Shown here piece by piece: positions 46,967 through 57,609 of a DNA stretch of 64,000 bases. The translations under genes and the position numbers were made by a program. The notes below the pieces were generated by a model. That model was not told the DNA's origin. It ran no database searches and saw only the letters and a list, made by a program, of their open reading frames with translations. Position 1 is the first letter of the stretch; each line of letters opens with the position of its first letter. The DNA is from a virus: IMG/VR virus record IMGVR_UViG_3300033153_002115, positions 34,469-98,468 of that record. One strand, given 5' to 3'.

Positions 46967-47951
46967 TTATTAATGTTTTAATTTCATTTAATACTTTCTG
47001 TTTATCTGTGCTATTCTTATACCGGTCAGTAGGATCCTTATCCTTAACCTGGTAATAGATTGGCACTAAAAAAGGGTATTCTTCAAGGTATGCTTTCTGA
47101 GCTTTCTGGCCGGCGACATCATTGTCAAGCCAAATATATAATGTCTCAAATTTATCTAACAACTTGAGCATCATAAACCTCTTGATAATAGTAGATTCAC
47201 TTTTACCTGCTACAGCGTCCCAACCGAAGTGTTCACGGAAAAACATAATCTCTTTAGTACTCTTGGTTATTATACAAAACTTGTGTTTATATTCTAATTG
47301 TAAATAACCTTCAACATAACTAAGAGGGTAATTGTTCCGAAATCGGTCTTTGCGTTCTGCTTCAGGCATGTAAAGTTTATACTTATCATAAATTCGATAA
47401 GCAATGCTTAAACCTCGTGGATAATATACCGAAGTAGCGCCGCCATCATAAAAATAATGAACGGCAGTTACTTCAGTAACATGGTATTTAAGTAAAATAG
47501 TTAAGGATATACCGTATTGATTCCAGAAATCTTTATAATTGGTGGAATTTATTACACGGGAAACTACCCTAATATCTTTTACTTTAGCCTTAACCTTATA
47601 ATTATTAATTCTTGGTGCTTTGGTTGTAGGTGCTACATAAGTACTTTCACTATGTAAGCCTAAATCAAAGTCAGAGTTAATACGGTCAAGCACATCATCC
47701 ATCTTTGTATACTCGAATAATAACTTTACAAAACTAAAAACATTCCCTGTTACACTTAAGCCATGATCTTTAAAGAAAATGACATTCTTATACTTGAATA
47801 AAGCGAACGAAGGTACTGAATCATCTATCCTAAGAGGGGAGTTATAAGCTCTACCTACCTCCAATTCTCGACCAATATAGAAAGAGTAGATACTATAATC
47901 ATCTACTCTCTCTAAAATTGCTTCTTCAGTAACTAGGTCCTCAAGAAGCAT
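46953..47951 (-). CDS. DNA primase (TOPRIM)
   Basis: SPLRIDDSVPSF...FKDHG N-terminal domain; ITKSTKE; WLDND.AG; KDPTD. Confidence 0.85.
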   Translation of the reverse strand: MLLEDLVTEEAILERVDDYSIYSFYIGRELEVGRAYNSPLRIDDSVPSFALFKYKNVIFFKDHGLSVTGNVFSFVKLLFEYTKMDDVLDRINSDFDLGLHSESTYVAPTTKAPRINNYKVKAKVKDIRVVSRVINSTNYKDFWNQYGISLTILLKYHVTEVTAVHYFYDGGATSVYYPRGLSIAYRIYDKYKLYMPEAERKDRFRNNYPLSYVEGYLQLEYKHKFCIITKSTKEIMFFREHFGWDAVAGKSESTIIKRFMMLKLLDKFETLYIWLDNDVAGQKAQKAYLEEYPFLVPIYYQVKDKDPTDRYKNSTDKQKVLNEIKTLINEHI

Positions 47952-47954
47952 AAC

Positions 47955-48704
47955 TTAATCAAATGGAAGTGAATTATCTGTCGATTCTTCCTTAATTACA
48001 GTGGTAGGAAGTGCATCCTCACCATTACCAGCAAATGCGTCATTCCCTGGTGTAGCAGCTTTAACTGCATCCGTAGTTGTTGGAATAGCATTGTCATAAC
48101 CTTTAGAGATCTCATAAGAAGTGAATTTCACTTTAACAGGATCTTTACCGGTTGACATTAACTCAATCCAATTGTCATACTCTGGTTTATAAGTTAATCT
48201 TGGGAATGCTTTGTCTTTACTCTGACGTAGCATCTTGATACGAAACTCTTCTTTGTCCCATAATTCTTCTTCCTTAATCAACTTAATAGCACCATTAGCC
48301 AGGTTAGCAAACATTTTACTAACAATACTCTCTTGAACCATCAAAGTACTTTCGTTATCTTTGGTGATACCAGTATCTTCATAGATTATAGAAGGCGGAA
48401 ATTTATCCTGCAATTCAGCTTTAGTAAAGTATAATGCAAAATGCATATACACTTTCTTATACTCAGCTCTAAGATCCCGGGCTACTTCAATAGAAGTACG
48501 GGGAGCTTTAGTTTTATAGTCTACCACTTTTGGTGGAAACAATAATATAAAACTTTCCTCTTGTTCGGCATCTTCCGCGTTCATCAGTTCAAGAGCAGAA
48601 GTTATAGCTACACCTTTAATGTAATTTAACTCCAAACCGCCTTTATCACTGACTTTACTGTTAGGGCCTAGTTTCCAATTTTCGTTCAATCCAATTTCTA
48701 ACAT
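47955..48704 (-). CDS. Putative single-stranded DNA-binding protein
   Basis: Between the Sak4-like ATPase and primase; acidic tail ending DNSLPFD. Confidence 0.5.
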   Translation of the reverse strand: MLEIGLNENWKLGPNSKVSDKGGLELNYIKGVAITSALELMNAEDAEQEESFILLFPPKVVDYKTKAPRTSIEVARDLRAEYKKVYMHFALYFTKAELQDKFPPSIIYEDTGITKDNESTLMVQESIVSKMFANLANGAIKLIKEEELWDKEEFRIKMLRQSKDKAFPRLTYKPEYDNWIELMSTGKDPVKVKFTSYEISKGYDNAIPTTTDAVKAATPGNDAFAGNGEDALPTTVIKEESTDNSLPFD

Positions 48705-48733
48705 AATTTATTGATTTTCAATGATTTACACTA

Positions 48734-49246
48734 TTAATATTTATATTTCCAAACAAATCCACCTGCACTGTACCTTTTGTTGTTACATACTCTACTTATA
48801 GATTGATTAGGTATGCCTGTTTCTCTTTGTACTTGCATTGTAGAATGGTACTCTTTAATAAAGTTACCTTCTTTATCAAACTGTATTACAGTCTTAGACC
48901 TTTTATTATTAACTCCATTTTTTCTATCTGCCCAAGCTCTAATTATATTCTCACCCCAGGTGACTAAATGTAAATTACCAAAAGAATAACCTTTATAGTC
49001 ATCTATTCTATCTGTAGAGGGTCTTAATTCAGACAAAAACCCTGAGTCAACCCAATCGGAGTATAGTTTATCAAATTTAGAGTGAGTTAATACCCAATAA
49101 ATAAGATCATCTCTTGTATAAGGTAACACATAACCCTTTTCAGTAGCTCTTTGTTTTTGCCCACTATAAATATGAGTTACAAGCCCTACTCTTTTGTAGC
49201 CATAATGTAACTCATCAGAAGTCGGATCTTTATTTTTATTTAACAT
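48734..49246 (-). CDS. HNH-like homing endonuclease with NUMOD1 domain
   Basis: PSTDRIDDYKGYSFGN...WGEN; VIQFDKEGNFIKEYHS...AGGFVWKY. Confidence 0.8.
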   Translation of the reverse strand: MLNKNKDPTSDELHYGYKRVGLVTHIYSGQKQRATEKGYVLPYTRDDLIYWVLTHSKFDKLYSDWVDSGFLSELRPSTDRIDDYKGYSFGNLHLVTWGENIIRAWADRKNGVNNKRSKTVIQFDKEGNFIKEYHSTMQVQRETGIPNQSISRVCNNKRYSAGGFVWKYKY

Positions 49247-49271
49247 ATTCGAATATATTAATGATTATTAA

Positions 49272-49523
49272 TTACACTTCTAAAAGAACACCTTCTTCTA
49301 AAATACGAACCCTCTTTATCCCATCTTGTTCTGAAGGTTTTATATTAAATAAAGTAGGGTAACTTTGTTCTTCATTTTTCCCTAAAACTATAAGAGATTT
49401 TTTATGTCTCATTACAATAATATTTTGCATCTCAGGTTCATTCCAACTAACAATGACAGCTATATCTCCATCTTTCATTTTTGATATAGATACTCCGTAT
49501 GTCTGTTCTGCCGCTAATTTCAT
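49272..49523 (-). CDS. Hypothetical protein
   Basis: 83 aa. Confidence 0.5.
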   Translation of the reverse strand: MKLAAEQTYGVSISKMKDGDIAVIVSWNEPEMQNIIVMRHKKSLIVLGKNEEQSYPTLFNIKPSEQDGIKRVRILEEGVLLEV

Positions 49524-50314
49524 TTCTTCTTCTTTTTAGATAAACTAGGAAATATCTTATCCCAGTAAGTATGTACGATTTTATTCTCGTCACTCTCTGA
49601 GATTAATATAGATCCGGATAAGTAAGCATATCGACTACCTGCGGCAGCACTTCCGCCTGCTTCAAATACAAGATAACCTTTATTGGCTGTCCTTTTGAAG
49701 TGAGCGATAGCATCTACTTTAGTAGAATATATAGACTTTACTTTACCGGTCAAATTAAGATCGATAGTTTCAACAACATCACCAGATTTAGACTCAATAT
49801 ACTTGTCCTTAATGTGGGCTAAGAATATGATAGTTTTACCTGTGTTTATTGCTTCATTGTACCATTTAGACATCACTTCACGTGAATACCTGTAACCATA
49901 ACCTTCCCCCATCTCATGAATAGACTGCCAGTTAGGATTTAAATGATTGACTTTGAGGTTATCTACGACATTCCATCGTTTACCTTGCGGCTTATTCATA
50001 AACCGGTAAGTTCCGACTAGTTCACTCCATTCATCCCACTTAGTGATAGTATCAATAACAATAATATCGATAGTTTTATCTGATTTAAGCTGTGCTAATA
50101 AAGGGGTGATGTCATTAGGGTTATTTACCTCCAGATACCGAGCTTTCAATGCTGCGGCGCCATTAGTCTCATGTTCAATAATCAAAGAGTTAAGTAACTG
50201 AGCAACAATGCTCGTCTTACCCATCTTCGGGGCCGAATAAATAATTAAACTCTTCGGCTCAGTGCTTACCGGGGCAACCGGCGCTCCTGGAATTACAAAT
50301 GTTTTCTCTGCCAT
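49520..50314 (-). CDS. AAA_24/Sak4-like ATPase (ssDNA annealing)
   Basis: YSAPKMGKT Walker A, IVIDTIT Walker B, GYGY, FLAH. Confidence 0.8.
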   Translation of the reverse strand: MAEKTFVIPGAPVAPVSTEPKSLIIYSAPKMGKTSIVAQLLNSLIIEHETNGAAALKARYLEVNNPNDITPLLAQLKSDKTIDIIVIDTITKWDEWSELVGTYRFMNKPQGKRWNVVDNLKVNHLNPNWQSIHEMGEGYGYRYSREVMSKWYNEAINTGKTIIFLAHIKDKYIESKSGDVVETIDLNLTGKVKSIYSTKVDAIAHFKRTANKGYLVFEAGGSAAAGSRYAYLSGSILISESDENKIVHTYWDKIFPSLSKKKKK

Positions 50315-50316
50315 AG

Positions 50317-50517
50317 TTATATAGATTTGCGTACTACAATATCGACCAGTTCTTTATGGAACAGGTGATGCATACTAGCTGGAATTCTAGTTATAGGTAA
50401 TTGAGCTTTAAAGTCCAGCGCTTTTAAAATCTCTTTAATATCTTCGATAGTTTGAATACTATCGATATTAAATATTCTACCTTTTACTATTTCTGTGTCT
50501 CCTGATACTACTTCCAT
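50317..50517 (-). CDS. Hypothetical protein
   Basis: 66 aa. Confidence 0.5.
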   Translation of the reverse strand: MEVVSGDTEIVKGRIFNIDSIQTIEDIKEILKALDFKAQLPITRIPASMHHLFHKELVDIVVRKSI

Positions 50518-50519
50518 AA

Positions 50520-51749
50520 TTATTTTCCTTGTGTTATTTCCTGGTATACTGCTTGTAATCCCGATACGTCTTCCGGAACAGGCATCGCTTCAAAATACAT
50601 CGATTCTCCTGTAAACCTTAAAACTTGAGACACACCATCTATACCATTTGAATTCTTTAAAATATGAATACTACGAGCTCTCTTCTGCCCGATAGGTGTT
50701 ACCATAGCATCTCTGATGTTATATCCTTTATAGTTACCGCTTGCATCCCAGGATTTATACCTTCCCGGGTCAAACAGACTAAGGACAAGATCAGCGCTTT
50801 CAGTTAAATTACCGGTATCTTTAAAATCCTCCAGTACAGGATCCAGATCCCCTTGATTATACTTTAATCTATCGATACCAGAGATAGCTCTATTAAACTG
50901 AGATATAGGCATCGGACTAAACAAGTAATTATCCCTTGCATCACTTAACACCTGATCTAACTCATCCAATGTAGCTTTCTTACCACCAGGAACACTACGA
51001 ACTTTGCCAATATGATCTATGATGATAAACACAATGGTTGGTTTTGGGGTCAGGTAGATCTTGTCGTTCTGATATAAAACATGAGTATTACCTGCATATT
51101 CAATCTCAGTATACAACCTCTTACCATATTTAGTCTGTATAAAGTTATTAGGATCAAAACTACCTACTCTCTTATCAAATCTAAATATATCCGTATCATC
51201 TGCATGATAGAAAGCACCAAGCTTCTTGGCCAACTTATCTATATCCAATCTAATAGTCTCGATTGATCTAGGGCCTTCTCTAAGATCTATATAATCCAAC
51301 ACGTCTTCTAACCAAGGTCCATATCCAGTTCTTAAATGGTCTAATTGCTCAAGTTGCATAGTATTTAACCGATTGGAGATGGTATCTGAAGATATACGTG
51401 TTTTATTCTCATTATACATTTTCCATGATATCCATTTAGCGTACTTAACTTTCTTTTTTCTCTCCATGGAGTAGTAAAGTACTTCGAAATGAATATCTTT
51501 TGGTTTATTCTGTATAATGTGCAGCATATTATGGTCTAAGTAAGAAGTCTTACCTACACCGGTGATAGAGCCTATCAAAGTATACTGTCCGGGATAGAAA
51601 TTAAAGTAATTGGATAACCTGTCAATAGGGTTTAATATAAAAGGGGCTAAACCAGTAATACTACGCTCGACAGGGTCAAATAATTCCCTTTCTATCTCTG
51701 ATTGTAGAACCGGCTTGCTCTTCGTTGTCATAAACTTCCTCCCAAACAT
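50520..51749 (-). CDS. DnaB-like replicative helicase
   Basis: GSITGVGKT, YSME, IIDH, SQFNR, DFKDTG.L.E.AD, ILKN. Confidence 0.88.
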   Translation of the reverse strand: MFGRKFMTTKSKPVLQSEIERELFDPVERSITGLAPFILNPIDRLSNYFNFYPGQYTLIGSITGVGKTSYLDHNMLHIIQNKPKDIHFEVLYYSMERKKKVKYAKWISWKMYNENKTRISSDTISNRLNTMQLEQLDHLRTGYGPWLEDVLDYIDLREGPRSIETIRLDIDKLAKKLGAFYHADDTDIFRFDKRVGSFDPNNFIQTKYGKRLYTEIEYAGNTHVLYQNDKIYLTPKPTIVFIIIDHIGKVRSVPGGKKATLDELDQVLSDARDNYLFSPMPISQFNRAISGIDRLKYNQGDLDPVLEDFKDTGNLTESADLVLSLFDPGRYKSWDASGNYKGYNIRDAMVTPIGQKRARSIHILKNSNGIDGVSQVLRFTGESMYFEAMPVPEDVSGLQAVYQEITQGK

Positions 51750-52146
51750 TAGTTATTAAATAATTAGCAAAACCTGGAACAATTGTACCAGACTTATAGA
51801 ACTCTTTGGTCTTCTGAATAAACCTATTAAAGTCTATTTCTCGGCTGTCTAAGATAGCTTTCAACACACGTACTGACTCTTTAGTGGTAGTTCTAATAAT
51901 ATAAGGCTTACCACTGGAATTCATATAGGTTAAGGGTAAGTCACACAATGCCATTACCTTTTTATAAGTAATAGCTCCGCTTAAACCTACGAACTTCTCA
52001 GGAAAATTATCACATCTCTCAGATTTTTTAGTCTTCAGATGTTTTGTCAGTATAGTATTGATTATATATTTGCCACCTTTAACAGGGACTATAAGGTTAT
52101 TATCTTCTAACAATCTTATAATCTCACTTTTGGTAAAGTTACTCAC
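51676..52146 (-). CDS. Hypothetical protein (possible replication initiator or helicase loader)
   Basis: Upstream of the DnaB-like gene; F.NY....W C-terminal motif. Confidence 0.5.
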   Translation of the reverse strand: MSNFTKSEIIRLLEDNNLIVPVKGGKYIINTILTKHLKTKKSERCDNFPEKFVGLSGAITYKKVMALCDLPLTYMNSSGKPYIIRTTTKESVRVLKAILDSREIDFNRFIQKTKEFYKSGTIVPGFANYLITNVWEEVYDNEEQAGSTIRDRKGII

Positions 52147-52150
52147 AAAG

Positions 52151-53437
52151 CTAAGTAATTTTACCGATATTTAGACCACAAAAGTCAACTAATTCTTGTT
52201 CTATATTCGTCAAATTTAGAGACGAAAACATCTCTCTTGCCCATGTAACTGCCCTCGTAGGCTTAATAACATTCTCTTTAATCTCAACTATAGTACCATC
52301 ACTATTTTCTTTCTTCTTTGTTACTTCAGCAAGGTAATAAGGTAATAAAATATAGTTAACACCTTTGTCTTCCTGGTCAAGTCTCAACATACGGCCATTT
52401 CTCTGTGTAGCCGCAGTTACGTTGTTCTTGAAACTCTCATAAATAGAGTAATTTAAGCCCACCATATTAGCGCCACGATTGATCTTAGAACATACAGCCA
52501 TCTCTCTAATCTTGCCTTTATTAAAGTCATCGAATACCTTATCATTTACGGATTTTTTATTTTTACCATGATAGGTATGCTTTGACATTTTATCAGCTTG
52601 TGTTGTACGCTCAGAGAAAATTATAACCTTATTCTTAGGATCAGCTAGTATATCTGCCTTTAACCTGTGCACTATGTCTGCACTGGAGGCAAGGTTGAAT
52701 AAGAATTCAGCCCTCTTCCGTGGAATATTAGTAGACAACATATACTCACAAGAACTAATAGCTTTTTCATCGTCATTCCTTTCAGCTTCAGCAAGTTTAG
52801 CACGATATTTACGTTCTTGTTTCATAAAGTACTCATACATACCATTCTCAGACTGTTTAAAAGTTTTAGACTCTTCACCGCGTTTATATGTAATAGGTAT
52901 GTCTTTAATTTTATTCAGACAATACTGTACAAATATTAACTTGGTTTTATTAACAATCTTTTTATCTTGTAACTCACTCGTATCGATATGAACTAATAAG
53001 GGAAGATATTGCTTAAAGGCTTCATATTTATGAGTCGGTACGAAACCGGTCATAGCAAATGTGTCGACGTCGGCATATTCTTTAAAGAACTTACCATACT
53101 GTTCTGTCATAGCAAAATCCACCTCGTCCGCAATCACCAGGTAATCGTCTAGGGGTTTATCTTTCTTCTTCCACTTGTAAACTAACTGATAGGTAACAAA
53201 TTCTGTCTTATCAATATAATCTTCAAGTCCCCATTTTCTCATCTCTGCAGGCATAGTTATATCCCTACCCAAAGTACTCTCAGAAAGGAATAAAACCTTC
53301 TTAGGCTGTAGTTTTTGTATTACTAACATAACAGCCCGTGTTTTACCTCCTCCTGTACCGATCACAACTAAGGCTTTACGCTTTTTAAGAGCACAGAAAG
53401 CATTGGCTGTATCTTGTTGCATTTCATCTCTACTCAT
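52151..53437 (-). CDS. Superfamily 2 helicase
   Basis: GTGGGKT, IADEVD, AMTG, QRNGRMLR. Confidence 0.88.
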   Translation of the reverse strand: MSRDEMQQDTANAFCALKKRKALVVIGTGGGKTRAVMLVIQKLQPKKVLFLSESTLGRDITMPAEMRKWGLEDYIDKTEFVTYQLVYKWKKKDKPLDDYLVIADEVDFAMTEQYGKFFKEYADVDTFAMTGFVPTHKYEAFKQYLPLLVHIDTSELQDKKIVNKTKLIFVQYCLNKIKDIPITYKRGEESKTFKQSENGMYEYFMKQERKYRAKLAEAERNDDEKAISSCEYMLSTNIPRKRAEFLFNLASSADIVHRLKADILADPKNKVIIFSERTTQADKMSKHTYHGKNKKSVNDKVFDDFNKGKIREMAVCSKINRGANMVGLNYSIYESFKNNVTAATQRNGRMLRLDQEDKGVNYILLPYYLAEVTKKKENSDGTIVEIKENVIKPTRAVTWAREMFSSLNLTNIEQELVDFCGLNIGKIT

Positions 53438-53801
53438 ATTGTTTAAATTTATATGTTACTTTAACTTTTTTAGTCTGCACTAATCTAAGGTTATAATTCA
53501 TCATAACAAAGATTTTATTATACTTTCTTATTGCAGACCTACGATTATGTGCTTGATGGTAGATAGCATGAGGATTGTGTTCAGCTTTCGCAGTCATTCT
53601 AGCTTTCTTTTGCATAGTTATAGCTACCTCTCTTACCATCTCTACTTCTTTCAATATACCTTTCTTGGTATCGAATTCCCACAACTTTAGACCATTACGT
53701 AACTTGATAGAGCCTTTATATTTAAACTCTTGCTTTTCCTTACGTTTCATTTCGATCTCTTGTCGAATCTGTTTCGGATCTTGATTATGTATATCTAACA
53801 T
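53430..53801 (-). CDS. Hypothetical basic protein
   Basis: 123 aa. Confidence 0.55.
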   Translation of the reverse strand: MLDIHNQDPKQIRQEIEMKRKEKQEFKYKGSIKLRNGLKLWEFDTKKGILKEVEMVREVAITMQKKARMTAKAEHNPHAIYHQAHNRRSAIRKYNKIFVMMNYNLRLVQTKKVKVTYKFKQYE

Positions 53802-54019
53802 GAATAAAAGTCTTCAGCGTTAGCTACATCTTCGATCTTATCTACCTCACTTTCTTCCAGTATCTGTTCAATATCAGCATCAAGTTCAAACCCTTTATCT
53901 AACAAAGTAATAGCATTATGTAACTGTAGTTTAGCTATATTAGCTGCTACTAATCCTATTCTTTTGATGTTATCAATATTTGCTTCTGCATTTTGCAATG
54001 CTTCTAAAATTGTCGTCAT
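53795..54019 (-). CDS. Hypothetical protein
   Basis: 74 aa. Confidence 0.55.
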   Translation of the reverse strand: MTTILEALQNAEANIDNIKRIGLVAANIAKLQLHNAITLLDKGFELDADIEQILEESEVDKIEDVANAEDFYSC

Positions 54020-54038
54020 TTATCTAAGTTTTAAATTA

Positions 54039-54311
54039 TTAATTCACATCTTTAAACATAACTGTATTGAATTCCATATTAGGGAATTCTTTAAATTCTA
54101 CTGTAGAAGAACTTCTGCCCACATAGATTTCATGTACTGTTAATTGTGTTCCTATTTTAAATGGCGTATGTTTGTGTTGTATATCGTATCCATTTTTACC
54201 TGTATATTCTACTATACGTCCTTCTGGGGTTTTAAGTCTATCTTTATAATTATGGTGTAACATATACATATCGTAACCATCTTTAATACTCATTGTTTTT
54301 TCAAATCCCAT
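54039..54311 (-). CDS. Hypothetical protein
   Basis: 90 aa; FNTVMF motif. Confidence 0.55.
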   Translation of the reverse strand: MGFEKTMSIKDGYDMYMLHHNYKDRLKTPEGRIVEYTGKNGYDIQHKHTPFKIGTQLTVHEIYVGRSSSTVEFKEFPNMEFNTVMFKDVN

Positions 54312-54328
54312 GTATAATTTAATTTAAG

Positions 54329-54649
54329 TTATAAATACCACGCATTATCTATTGCAGCTCTTCCACAAATAGAACAAGCTACACTCATACTTACCAAGTC
54401 AATACCTTTCTCACTTAGAAAGTACAACTTATCTTCATCGCACATCTGTAAGTTCAGCTTTTCTTGTTTTGCTTTGGTAAATAAAGTACCACTAAATCCA
54501 TCTGAAAATCCATATATAGTAGCTTTCTCATCACATTCGTGATCAGTAGTTTCACCACCACACATTATTCCGGACATGTTATCTATTATAATTGTTCTAC
54601 ATCCTTGTCTCATGATATAATTAAGTTTAATGAATCCAATAGTCTCCAA
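54329..54649 (-). CDS. Hypothetical zinc-binding protein
   Basis: HEC...CSICG; true start probably downstream of 54649. Confidence 0.5.
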   Translation of the reverse strand: METIGFIKLNYIMRQGCRTIIIDNMSGIMCGGETTDHECDEKATIYGFSDGFSGTLFTKAKQEKLNLQMCDEDKLYFLSEKGIDLVSMSVACSICGRAAIDNAWYL

Positions 54650-56831
54650 TTACAGGTATATCTGCTTTTAAGATATCCTGTCTAAGTGCTAGCTTACCAG
54701 CTAGTTCCATATAATACTGAAGTTTAACTTTATAATACTCTGCTAAATCTCCAGCACCTTCCATAATTACTTCATCATATGGAGTTAATACAATCCATGC
54801 GTGGTGTCCCATATGTTTTATATGACGTCGTAGTAAAACTGTACAAACCTTTAGAATAGCCGCACCTAAACCTTGAATTGTGAAATTCCCTGCTTTACGT
54901 ATAATACTATTCTTATCATAATGTATCTCTCTAGGATTTACAAACCTACAAGTACCAAAAGCAGATTCTGGTGTATATGCGTGACTTAATGCAAACCTAC
55001 CTACCTTACTAAAATAAGGCTTAACGCCAGGTGAAGCATCATAGAATGCATCGATAAGATCTTGTGCTTGGTCTTCAGTTATCTTTAACCTAAACGCAGC
55101 ACCAAACTTACTCAAACCATATATTATACCAAAAGATATCTGTTTACTATTAGATCTAAGGTGTTTATGTTTCTTACATTTGCACTTATCCTTAGTCTTT
55201 TGATATTCACAATCTATCTCTGTACCTTGTTCCCACTCGTTTCCAAATATACGTTCAGAATTAACAGAATGTAAATCATGTCCTGCTTTAATAGCATCTA
55301 GCCAAGTTTTCTCTTTGGTCATAATAGCAGTAATGACAAGCTCTTCACTCTTATAGTCAGACATTATAAACTTATTACCTTCTTCTGCTTCGAAACAAGC
55401 ACGATAGTCTTTATCGTTTACAATGTTTAATACATTAGGGTTAGAACTTGATATACGTCCAGTATTAAGTACAGGGTTTATATTAGTTCTTACTCTACCA
55501 TCAGCTTCTACATGTTCAAGATAATTCAAACCAAACTTGGTAACTTTACCTATCGCTCCTTGATACTCTTCCAAATACACACTAAGAAGCCTATGTTTAT
55601 AAGCTATCTCTTCCATGTGATCTTTATCAGTACTTGTTAGGCCCGGAGATATCCATCGGAACACTTCCATTCTTTGTACATGTGAACCCCAATTGATTCT
55701 TACACTATCTTTAGGTATAAGTAACTCTCTTTCAACCATTTCATCACGAAAATGCTTAACAAACTGATTAGTAACATCACTTGTTCTACCTAATAGTATC
55801 AACTTAATAAACGTAAACTTACTGTTCGTAATAGTTGTTATGTACGGTTCAGCTTTCTTACTGTTAGGTGTCACACCTTCAGGCCAATCTGTATCATGTT
55901 TACATAAATATTTACGTAGTTCTACCTGGGAAGTATTTTCTAAGTCCGGGAATACTATCTGAAGCAAGTTAAGCTTATTTGCAGCAGAAGAGTACAACTT
56001 ATCTTTAGGTGTATCTTTATCGAATATATACCCTGCAGCTACACTTAACACATAAAAGTCTTCGAACAATATCCTATCGAGATGTTTGACAGCAGCAGTT
56101 ACTAAAGGTAAAGATTTATAATATAATGCTTTCCATTTCTCTACATTAAGTTTAATACCGTAATACTCCATATCAGCAAGAACCTTAATAAACTCATGGT
56201 TCCACCAATTAGCTTTCTTCAAGCCTCTGGTCTTATTCTTAGTAATAAGTTTTTTAAACTTAGTGTCATGCTCTTCGATCTCATCTTCCTGCAATTCTCG
56301 CACTTTAGCAAGAAATAGAACGTCATACACAGCATATTTAACCTGTGCATCAGTTATACTAATATTATCAACAAAGCTGGTTTGTAGTTCCTTGGGCATA
56401 TCTATATCTAAATACTTCTTAACTATAGAAGCCAAATCAGCTCGCCAGTTATTATGCCCCATACCTAACAGTTTCTCTGTCAAATAAGTATCATAAAAAT
56501 GATTGAAATCTACGCCATACTTCTTCCACATTTTGTATTCAAACTTGGCATTCTGTACCAAGAACTTACCATATGTCATCAAAGCGCATAATTTAGCAAG
56601 CTCTGTAGCGTTAAGTTCTTTAACAAATATAACCCAACATACGTCACCTGCATAATAAGTAGCTACTAACATTTCCCTATCTAAGATAGTTTCAGTCATA
56701 TTAGTTTCTAAATCATGAGCTACCCAGTCTTCACTTAGAAACCAGTCTTCAAACAGAGTAAAGTCATGTGTAACATTAGGTAGATACTCTTGTAATTTAC
56801 CACCTGTTTTACTTAATATTTTAAGTTTCAT
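54627..56831 (-). CDS. polA: DNA polymerase family A with 3'-5' exonuclease
   Basis: Exonuclease DLET, NAKFE, YAVYD; TGRISS.NPN; motif A DYKSEE; motif B RSNSKQISFGIIYG; motif C PYDE. Confidence 0.93.
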   Translation of the reverse strand: MKLKILSKTGGKLQEYLPNVTHDFTLFEDWFLSEDWVAHDLETNMTETILDREMLVATYYAGDVCWVIFVKELNATELAKLCALMTYGKFLVQNAKFEYKMWKKYGVDFNHFYDTYLTEKLLGMGHNNWRADLASIVKKYLDIDMPKELQTSFVDNISITDAQVKYAVYDVLFLAKVRELQEDEIEEHDTKFKKLITKNKTRGLKKANWWNHEFIKVLADMEYYGIKLNVEKWKALYYKSLPLVTAAVKHLDRILFEDFYVLSVAAGYIFDKDTPKDKLYSSAANKLNLLQIVFPDLENTSQVELRKYLCKHDTDWPEGVTPNSKKAEPYITTITNSKFTFIKLILLGRTSDVTNQFVKHFRDEMVERELLIPKDSVRINWGSHVQRMEVFRWISPGLTSTDKDHMEEIAYKHRLLSVYLEEYQGAIGKVTKFGLNYLEHVEADGRVRTNINPVLNTGRISSSNPNVLNIVNDKDYRACFEAEEGNKFIMSDYKSEELVITAIMTKEKTWLDAIKAGHDLHSVNSERIFGNEWEQGTEIDCEYQKTKDKCKCKKHKHLRSNSKQISFGIIYGLSKFGAAFRLKITEDQAQDLIDAFYDASPGVKPYFSKVGRFALSHAYTPESAFGTCRFVNPREIHYDKNSIIRKAGNFTIQGLGAAILKVCTVLLRRHIKHMGHHAWIVLTPYDEVIMEGAGDLAEYYKVKLQYYMELAGKLALRQDILKADIPVIGDYWIH

Positions 56832-56850
56832 ATCCTGTTAGATTTAAGTT

Positions 56851-56879
56851 AAAAGAACTATACTACTACGTAGTATAGT
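56851..56879 (-). terminator. Hairpin upstream of polA
   Basis: Perfect 10-bp inverted repeat ACTATACTAC/GTAGTATAGT followed by TCTTTT on the - strand. Confidence 0.45.
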
Positions 56880-56902
56880 CCTCGGGTTAATAAATAGACA
56901 AA

Positions 56903-57556
56903 TTACATACCTTTTCTGATATCGTCATCATCCTCTACTTTCTTCATGCTTGCACCGCTTTCTTCAGAAGTTTCTTCAAACTCAATTTCTTTTTGAGAAT
57001 CTACTGGTGCCATAACAGCAAAATCAGAAGTCGGAGAAATAGGCGACATAGTCACGTCTTCTCTTCGGATATAATCAGGCTTACCCTTGTCAACACCACG
57101 TTGAACAATTTTAGGCATGTGCATGATCTTAATATCCATACTTACATCCTCAATCTTAAAGTCTACATAAGTAGTCTCATCCCAATTGATGTTCCACAAT
57201 TCCTTAGCTTTCTCTAAGAAATAATTCTTAATGTAAGTACTTGTACCTTCAGTCTTTACATCAGCTTTAGCAGCTTTACCGAAAGGGTTGATGTGTAAAA
57301 AACAAACAGCAGGCTTATCCTGTGGATACACTGGCCAATCTGTACTAAATACAAAATCCAACCATTTTCGATCAGCAACTTCATCTTCACCACTTACTTT
57401 TGTAAGTAAACCGGCAAATTGCTCAGTAAATACAATACTACCATTCCTAAGAACTCTAAAATGCCCATCAATAGGGATAGTTCCTACACCTGAAGGTGTT
57501 TTTACTGTTTTTACAGGTTCTGCTACTTCAATGTCATTAATAAAATCAAAATTCAT
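56903..57556 (-). CDS. Hypothetical protein with acidic tail
   Basis: 217 aa, well-formed A-rich initiation region. Confidence 0.65.
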   Translation of the reverse strand: MNFDFINDIEVAEPVKTVKTPSGVGTIPIDGHFRVLRNGSIVFTEQFAGLLTKVSGEDEVADRKWLDFVFSTDWPVYPQDKPAVCFLHINPFGKAAKADVKTEGTSTYIKNYFLEKAKELWNINWDETTYVDFKIEDVSMDIKIMHMPKIVQRGVDKGKPDYIRREDVTMSPISPTSDFAVMAPVDSQKEIEFEETSEESGASMKKVEDDDDIRKGM

Positions 57557-57609
57557 AAAAATAAATTTAAAGTGTTAATAAAATGTTAAAAAAAAAGAAA
57601 AAAGAAAGG

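Noticed and set aside
48734-49246. Group I intron around the HNH/NUMOD1 gene
   Set aside because: Flanking genes look complete and there is no room for intron core structure; it appears free-standing
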